Shown here: in pieces, positions 56,501-64,000 of the stretch | How positions within the stretch are numbered: position 1 is the first letter of the stretch | Layout: every line of letters begins with the position of its first letter | Assembly (NCBI GenBank): GCA_033442325.1 | Contig: JAWQFM010000009.1 | Span: 17,057-81,056 of the forward strand | Reading direction: 5' to 3' | Source of the DNA: Salpingoeca rosetta | Lineage: Eukaryota > Protista > Choanoflagellata | Length of the DNA: 64,000 nt | The notes under the pieces: model-generated | The model's database searches: none | What the model saw: the letters and a program-made list of their open reading frames with translations, nothing else | Told to the model about the DNA's origin: nothing | Translations under genes and position numbers: made by a program

Positions 56501-58295
56501 GTCAACCCCTATGTGTGTCTGTGCATGTCGATACCAAGCTCTCAAACGCTCACGCTCTCACCTATGCAAACGCACGCATGCTCTGTTTTTCCCCACTTTC
56601 GCGCTCTCTTACATTGACACATGACATGCTGCAGAACAAAAGCTGCTTGAGCCGTTGTTGCTGGACAGCGAGAGTGCAGACATCATCAGCGAGCAGCCCT
56701 TGCCCAAGCACGGCGGGCGGAGGACGCTGCGTCGGGCATATTCCATGATCAGCCCACACTCCAGCATGTCTCGACAGCCAAAGCGAAGCGCTCTTGCTCC
56801 GGCTCGCAGTAAGACGCTCAGGCGAAACACGTCAATGTCTCGCGTGACCTTTGCTGCCAACCCAAGCATCGTTGGCTCCGACAATACCGCTCCATCCGGT
56901 GACGACAAGGACCGCACCGCCAGCACGCTGCCGCCGCGTCGCGTGTACGACTCTGCTGCTGACGATGACGACGACGATGACGATGATGATGACGATGACG
57001 ACATCGATGTTGACGTGGACCAGGGTGAGAACATGACCAGAGACGGTGTTGCCGCTGGGCGCAGCGAACGCAGGACGGGAGTTCTTGTCAACGACGATGA
57101 TGCTGATGACACTGGCGATGGGGCATTATCGCTAGCTTTTCAGCAGGGAACTGGTGTTAGGGAACACGACACATACTCGCCCACGCTTGAGCTCGCACAG
57201 TCGCAGCTCTTGGAAGGACACATCCCATCCAACCAGCACGCGATGGAAGGCAGCCGCCAAGCTGAAAGCACCGGCTCACAGCAACACCAGCATCAGGACC
57301 CTCCACGCAACAAGAAGCGCGGTGCGGTCGAGGACACGGCACGCGCTGTAGCAGGTTTGCTCGTGCTTGACACGCCCTTGCCTGGTGCAATCGACAACGG
57401 CGAGGGTATCAAGAGCAGCCATCCTGGCGACGGTGGCGTTGACAACCACAACACTGACATCAACAACAGCAATATTGGCAGTAGCAGTAGCAGTAGTACC
57501 AACCACAACAACAATGGCAACGGCACAGGCAGCAACGGCGGCAGCGGCAGCCATGAGAGCAGTTTCAGTCTGAGCTCCGCCACGCCCACAGCAATCACGC
57601 CACTGGCACACGAGAACACGAAGGACAGCCACACCCCCTTCAAGCGCATTGATTTCTGGGCAAGCAAAGACATCATGGCAGCGGTGTCACCGCCAGTCTC
57701 GAAGACAACTCCAACTCCAGCACTAGCAACGACAATAACTCCAACTCCAGCAGCAACAGCAACAGCAACTGCACCACAATCAGCACCATGGCTTGTTTCT
57801 GGCAGCGGCAAAGGCAACGGCAGGGGTGCTGGTGGCAACAATGGCGAGGTGTTGGTGTCACCTCTGCGATCACGCTTTGTCACCACTGCTGGCTCGAGAA
57901 GCGATGGGGCAGCGGTGGCAGCGCAAGTCGCGGCAGCACACCCAGGAGCCACCACGCTCCCACCGCGCAAGCACGCACGAAAGTTCAACAGCGACAGCCA
58001 GTTAGCGGCAGCGTGGACCACCCGTTACAAACCGCAAGCGCCCAATCTTCGACGGGAACGCCACATGCGCAATGCATTTGTGTGGAACAGACATCGTCGT
58101 GCGAGCGAATCGTCGTCGCCTCCCCTGCTGTCGCCCCTCGCGCCATTGCCTACCGAGTTGCCGCCAATCCAGCGCCCGTCACCGTCACCATCACCGCCCC
58201 CTCACACCCGGTCCACTCATGCGCCGTCCTTCTCGCCTTCGCAGCCAGTTGCGTCCTCGTTGCTGCCTGCTTCTTCCAAGAAGGCGGCGGCGTGA
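53552..58295 (+). CDS. Bestrophin-like (RFP-TM/UPF0187-type) membrane protein with long disordered C-terminal tail; 7 exons
   Basis: TM segments [16 protein letters not shown] and [19 protein letters not shown]|RRETVL; [14 protein letters not shown]; acidic motif [17 protein letters not shown]. Exons 53552-54157, 54499-54555, 54820-54966, 55218-55378, 55672-55828, 56093-~56355, 56635-58295. Confidence 0.72.
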
Positions 58296-58771
58296 TTGCT
58301 CTTGGTTGCCTCGGGCTGGGAAGCTGAGTGTCGGTGGGTCAACACGAACAGGTGGACGATGATGAGGTCGTTGCGATGAAGAGGAAGGGTAGCGTGAGAA
58401 CCGAGGTGCTCGAGGGCAGCTGCAGTGGCTGCTTGCTGAGGACGTGGCGTGGTTGTGGTGCTTGTGGTGCTTGTGAATATGTAGGGATAGTGCTCTTGCT
58501 TGCCTTGCCTATTTGTGGTTGCGTTTAGAAGGGGTGCGGTAACGGTGAGCTGGACAACGAACATGCTGGCATGTGTGCGAGTCGAGCTTGGTTTGTTGGC
58601 TGTTTGATCCAGCTTGAGACATATTTATCGACGGGAGTATCAGTTCGACAAAGCGACATGAAACATGCAATCAAGGTCAATTACAGCAGACAAGACATAT
58701 GGAGAGAAGACACAAACAGGCATGGAGAAAGAGAGGCGGACGAAAGGTTGGAAGAAGGTACCGCAACAAAC

Positions 58772-58810
<39 letters not shown>

Positions 58811-58926
58811 AGACATAGACAAACGGACGGACGAAGAGATGGCAACAATATGCAGACACACACGTACACACACACAACACACGCACACACACACACACGC
58901 ACACACGCACACACGAAGGCAGACAC

Positions 58927-61900
58927 CTAAGCGTGGCCGCGAGAGCGCCGGCGCGCGTCGTGGCGCTTGATTGCTTCACGCTGCAGGCGTTTCTTGGTTG
59001 GTTTGGAGGATGTTGCTGTGGTGTGCAGTGCTGCCTCAAATGCAGCCATGCCATCATCCCCAGCGTCCAGCTGCTGCTGCTGCTGCTGATGTTGTTGTTG
59101 TTGATGCGACTTACTTGCAGCTGCCACGCTGGTTGAAGCACATGTGAATGTTTCTGCGTGCGTCATGTGCGGCGGGTTGAATCCAAGATGGAAAGGGCCG
59201 AGGCGACCACGCCGAAAGTCATCCAAGAACGCACAGGCCGCACGCAGCGTATCGTGCTCTCCGCCTGCTTGGACGTGCATCGCAGTGCATGGGTGCATTG
59301 AAAGGAAGGAAGGAGGAGGAGGAGGAGTTGAGCGTGTGGTGTATTGCCAGTGTTGATTTGAATGCATGCATTCTTGTGTACGTGCGCGCGCGCGTGCGTA
59401 TGCATGGTTGAGTGTGTGCGTGTGTATGTGTGTATGTGCATATGTGTGCGTGTACATGTGTATACGTGTGTGTGATTGTTTCCACACACACACACAAACA
59501 AACACACAAACAAACACACAAACAAACACACAAACAAACACACAAACAAACACACACACACACATGGTCGTTTGCACAACTGTGTGCATGGTTGTGTGAG
59601 TACACAATTGCACTCGTGCGGGCAGCACATGTTCACCTTTGAGGAGCGCGCCGATGCGTTTTGCCACGGCGGCCAGGACAACGTCGATGTTGTCGCTCGG
59701 ACCGTCCAGTCTGTAGCGATCAACATAGCTGTCGGCGCACGTGGGCAACTCGCATGAGGTGGAACACAGACGCAGCGGCGGTGGTGGCGGAAACATGCGC
59801 GGATGGAACGAGGCCGGCCACGCAGCGCACATCAATGCACACAGACGCAAGCACAACACACGAGGACGGACAACACACCCACACAGCAATGCACACATGT
59901 ACACACGCTCGCACACAGAGTGTATGGGCAGTGTCTGCGGACCTGAAGATGCCAAGTTGGTTGAGGGAGAAGAGAAGGTAGTCCGCGACGTGTTCTTCGC
60001 CCACCAGCTCGTCCCGTAGCGTGCCCAGCATGGCCAGTGTCATGGCGTGGTCTTGGTTGTCCAGGTCAGGGATCATCACCCCTGTATCAGTGGTGCAATG
60101 TCAGCGCAAGGCAGATGGTGGGCGAAGAGGTGGTGGCATGCAGTTGTATCTAAACAGACTTACGCTGCAAACATGGATCTCCACCAAAGAAGCACAAGAA
60201 GCGCAAACAAGGACAAACACACACACACATACACACACACACACACACACCTGGAGTGTCCAAGATGTACACGGGGGGATCATCGTGGATCTTGACGTCT
60301 TGCTGAACAGTGCGTGTAACGCCGGGGCGGTCGCCTGTGCGTGCACACTTGCCTGTGGAACGAAGCAGCGAACGACAGAGCAGCCACGCAACCAACAACA
60401 TGGTCGGGATGCAGGGTGTTGTGTGTGAGTGAGAGAGAGTGCGTGTGAGTGTGAGTGTGAGTGTGAGTGTGAGTGTGTGTGTCAGCAGGAGTGCAAGCAA
60501 ATCAGCACACACGAGTGTATCGAATTTGGCGTGGGAGAACGTTGTAAGTTTGCATAAACTGTTACGTGTGCGTGGTCAAGGTTGGTGTGTTGTGCCTTCG
60601 CGTACGCTTGTTTGCGAGGACAGAGCGGAGTGTGTTGACGAGAGATGACTTGCCAACGTTTGGCATTCCGGCAATCAGTAGCCGCAGGTGCTGGCGCTGT
60701 GGCAACATCAGCAAACGCAAAGCACAACGCATATGAATTGCCCGTGACCAATGCAGCTGCTGCCACGCAGAAAGGGTCGTCATGCAAAGTTTTGTGCGTG
60801 TGCGGGGGGGGGGGAGGGTTTGTGCTTAATTTGTGTGTTGTATGTGTGTATTGCATGTGTGTTGTGTGTGTTGCGTGTGTGTGTGTATGTGTGCGCACAA
60901 GCAAAAGCTAAGCTCACCGAGTCGAGCACGTCTTTGCCGATGCTCTTCAACACAGCTGGCATCACCTGCATCATGAGCACGGGGAAGGGAAGGGTTAGGC
61001 GGGGTTCAAGTGATGTACGCTTGCGCATACACAAATGACAGAAGCTCCACACAAAAGCGTGAAAGCTGGACACGCATACACAAGACAAGCGCACACAAGA
61101 GGAAGCGCGCACAAGAGGCAGCGCGCATCCGCACACATGCACACCTGTCTGACGTCCGCTTGTTTTTTCCCACAGGATATGTACAAGACATCCGAGTAGA
61201 CCAGCTCTCCATTTGGAAGACACTCGTGCATGATAGCTTCTTTCTCCTGGTATGTGTTTGAATGGTGGGCGTGTAAGGAACGAACACAGACACACGCGTT
61301 CACAAACACGCAGACGCAGACACACACACACACACACGCATGTGTTCACAAGTACAAGCCACAAACACACACACACACACACTCACACGCATGTGTTCAC
61401 AAGTACACAAGTACACAGCCACAAACACACACACACACGCACACACACACGGAGACAGTTACAGCCACAGCCACAAACACACACAGTCACAAACAGAGTC
61501 ACGCACACACACACACACACAAAAAGCACCGAGGATTGGAGGTCGTACAGTGAAGTCTAAGCCTGACCTCTGGTTGTGGTGTTGGCGCGAGATCTGCCTT
61601 ATTCAAGAGGAGAATGCGCGGCGTCCCAGCAAGGTACTTGAACTGGGGATTGCGTCCAATGAATGGAACACGGGCATCGTGGACCTCAAGAACACAGTCG
61701 CACCGTCTTAAATTCTTCTGCATCGCCCGTAGACCTGTGTATGTGTGTTAGGGGAGGAGGGAAGAGGGGCAGAGGTTGATCATGGAACAAGCGCATCTTT
61801 GCACACACACACACACAGACACAGACACACACACAGACACACACAGACACACACACAGACACACACACACACAGACGCACATACACACACGCTGACGAAC

Positions 61901-61988
61901 CTGCTGCCATGTGGCCTGGAAACCAGTGGGTTGCTGTCTTGCCCACATGCTGGAACGAGTGTCGCATCCAAGCCGCACACATTGTCAT
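58927..61988 (-). CDS. MTG1: Mitochondrial ribosome-associated GTPase 1 (RbgA/YlqF family, circularly permuted GTPase)
   Basis: [59 protein letters not shown]. The exact start among ATG 61988/61982/61967 is uncertain. Confidence 0.9.
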
Positions 61989-62229
61989 CCGCGTCGAGTT
62001 CAGACAACAGATCACGACAGCATCAATTATACACCACAAGTTGTGATCATTGTATGAAAACTTCAACAAGATTTCCCGACTCGTAACTCTGCGCCTTTTC
62101 CACACGCACCACAACAAAGATACACACGTGCACTCTCGCCTTTCGCGTGCCTCTGTTGTTGATCTTGTGTCATCTTCTTCATTTCCAGTCCACCTCAACC
62201 TTACATCTCCCACCACAGCTCCCTTCACC

Positions 62230-62629
62230 ATGGTTCGTCTGCTAGGTTGTGAGGGTGCTTTGCGACTTGCATTCGTGCGTGCTTGTGTGCGTTCAACGCG
62301 CGTGTCTGTTTTGCCCTTGTTCTACTGTCACTCGTACTCATCCCCTGACACCCACACGCCCACACGGCGGTACATACATGTGTCTGTTGTTGTGTGTGTC
62401 CACTTGTTTCTGCAGGCTGATAACGTCAACCCCGAAGGCCTCAGCAAGAACGAGCTGAAGCGCCGCCAGAAGGCTGCCCGCAAGGCCGAGCAGAAGGCCG
62501 CCAAGGCTGCCAAGGCCGCGCAGCAGCAGCCCAAGGAGGGCGCCAAGGCCAAGGCCGCCAAGGAGGACCAGCTCAGCCCGGACCAGTACTACGAGATGCG
62601 CACCAAGGTGTGTGTGTTTGTTTGTGTGC

Positions 62630-62707
<78 letters not shown>

Positions 62708-64000
62708 GTGTGGATGCACCTTGGTCATTTCATTGCTGTAGTAACTCGAGAGGTTCGTGCTTTGCAGCAGTGAAAGGCCATCGTGCTTCAAGAACATGCC
62801 ATGTTCTCCCGATCCTCCTTCCTTCCTTCCTTGCATTCCAAACCCTCAACCACTCAACCACTCAACAACTCAACCCTCCTCTCTATCAAAACAAACGCCC
62901 ACCCGCCCTCCAATATGAACGTTGTTACCTTTGAGACAGCTCGTGCAAGGCCTCAAGACTGACGGTCCCGTGCAGCCGTACCCACACAAGTTCCATGTCA
63001 GCATCTCCCTCACGGAGTTCCACCGCAAGGTAACGCCTTTGGCGCTGCATCTTTGCATCTCAAGCCAACCTGAGTGCTTTCCCCTTCAGCCAGCGCGTGC
63101 TTGCCGATCTGTCTGTACATGCCACTGTATGTTTCAGTCATTATCGCGCCTTCACTCACCCGGCACCCAAACTGTTGTTGCACGTTGTACAGTATGAGGC
63201 CCTGGAGAAGGAGCAGTTTGCCTCTGAGACGGTGAGCGTGGCTGGCCGCATCCAGCTGAAGCGCGCCTCTGGCAAGCGCCTCGTCTTCTACGACATCCAT
63301 GGCGAGGGCACCAAGCTGCAGGTCATGGCTGAGATCAGCCGCCACGACGCCACGCCAGACTTTGAGACCATCCACGGTCTCCTGCGTCGCGGCGACGTCA
63401 TCGGCATCGTTGGCTTCCCAAGTGCGTTGTTGGTGTGGGGTGCGGGTTGTTCGGGGGCGGGGGGAAGAATGGCTTGAATGGTTATGGGGTTTGAGGTCGT
63501 TTTTAGGATTGTTGTTGTTGTTGCTTTTGTGTCTGCGCGCAATACTGGGTGTTGTGGTGCCTTTCCCCCCGGGCACAAACGACCACACGGATCACACGCT
63601 CCCTCTCTCTTACTCTCTTCTCTCTCTTTCTCTGTTTCACACACACCCCCACTCACCCCCCACGCACACCCCCCCCCACACGTATACACAGCGCGGACCA
63701 AGCGTGGCGAGCTGAGCATTGTGCCCAAGGAGGTGCAGCTGCTGGCACCGTGCCTGCACATGCTGCCGCACCAGCACTTTGGCATCACCAACAAGGAGAC
63801 GCGCTACCGCCAGCGCTACCTCGACCTCATCACCAACCGCTCTGTGCGCAACAACTTTGTTGTGCGCGCCAACATCATCTCGTACGTGCGCCGCTTCCTG
63901 GACATGAACGGCTTCCTCGAGGTGGAGACGCCCATGATGAACATGGTCGCTGGTGGCGCCACCGCCAAGCCCTTCATCACCCACCACAACGACCTCAACC
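62230..64000 (+). CDS. KARS1: Lysyl-tRNA synthetase (class II), 5' part, truncated by window end
   Basis: ATG-only exon 1 (62230-62232), then [94 protein letters not shown]. Confidence 0.95.

Overview
Eukaryotic, intron-rich draft assembly with 5 N gaps (2370-2557, 6680-7408, 24342-24444, 40482-40581, 42196-42295) and (CA)n/(GT)n-saturated introns and spacers. Gene content and style suggest a choanoflagellate such as Salpingoeca rosetta (inference, not verified). The first ~19.7 kb is the promoter-side edge of an rDNA unit on the minus strand: 28S 5' part, ITS2, 5.8S, ITS1, 18S, ETS/IGS with 63-bp subrepeats. A 5S rRNA gene lies on the plus strand at 19576-19694. The rDNA carries several probable assembly artefacts. 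Seven spliced protein genes follow, whose exons I joined by hand: (1) a poxvirus-VP39-type cap 2'-O-methyltransferase fused to a C-terminal G-patch (-); (2) a Munc13-4/BAIAP3-like C2-MUN-C2 protein with two inserted DEK_C-like repeats (+); (3) a compact MED26 (+); (4) an NWD1/2-like NACHT-WD40 protein with no recognisable P-loop and a CaaX tail (-); (5) a bestrophin-like channel (+); (6) MTG1 (-); (7) lysyl-tRNA synthetase (+, truncated by the window), whose first intron is open in frame and reads like a mitochondrial presequence. The most novel candidate is the VP39-G-patch fusion, which mirrors the G-patch/DHX15 logic of animal CMTR1 using a different methyltransferase family. All homology calls come from motif recognition; no database searches were run.
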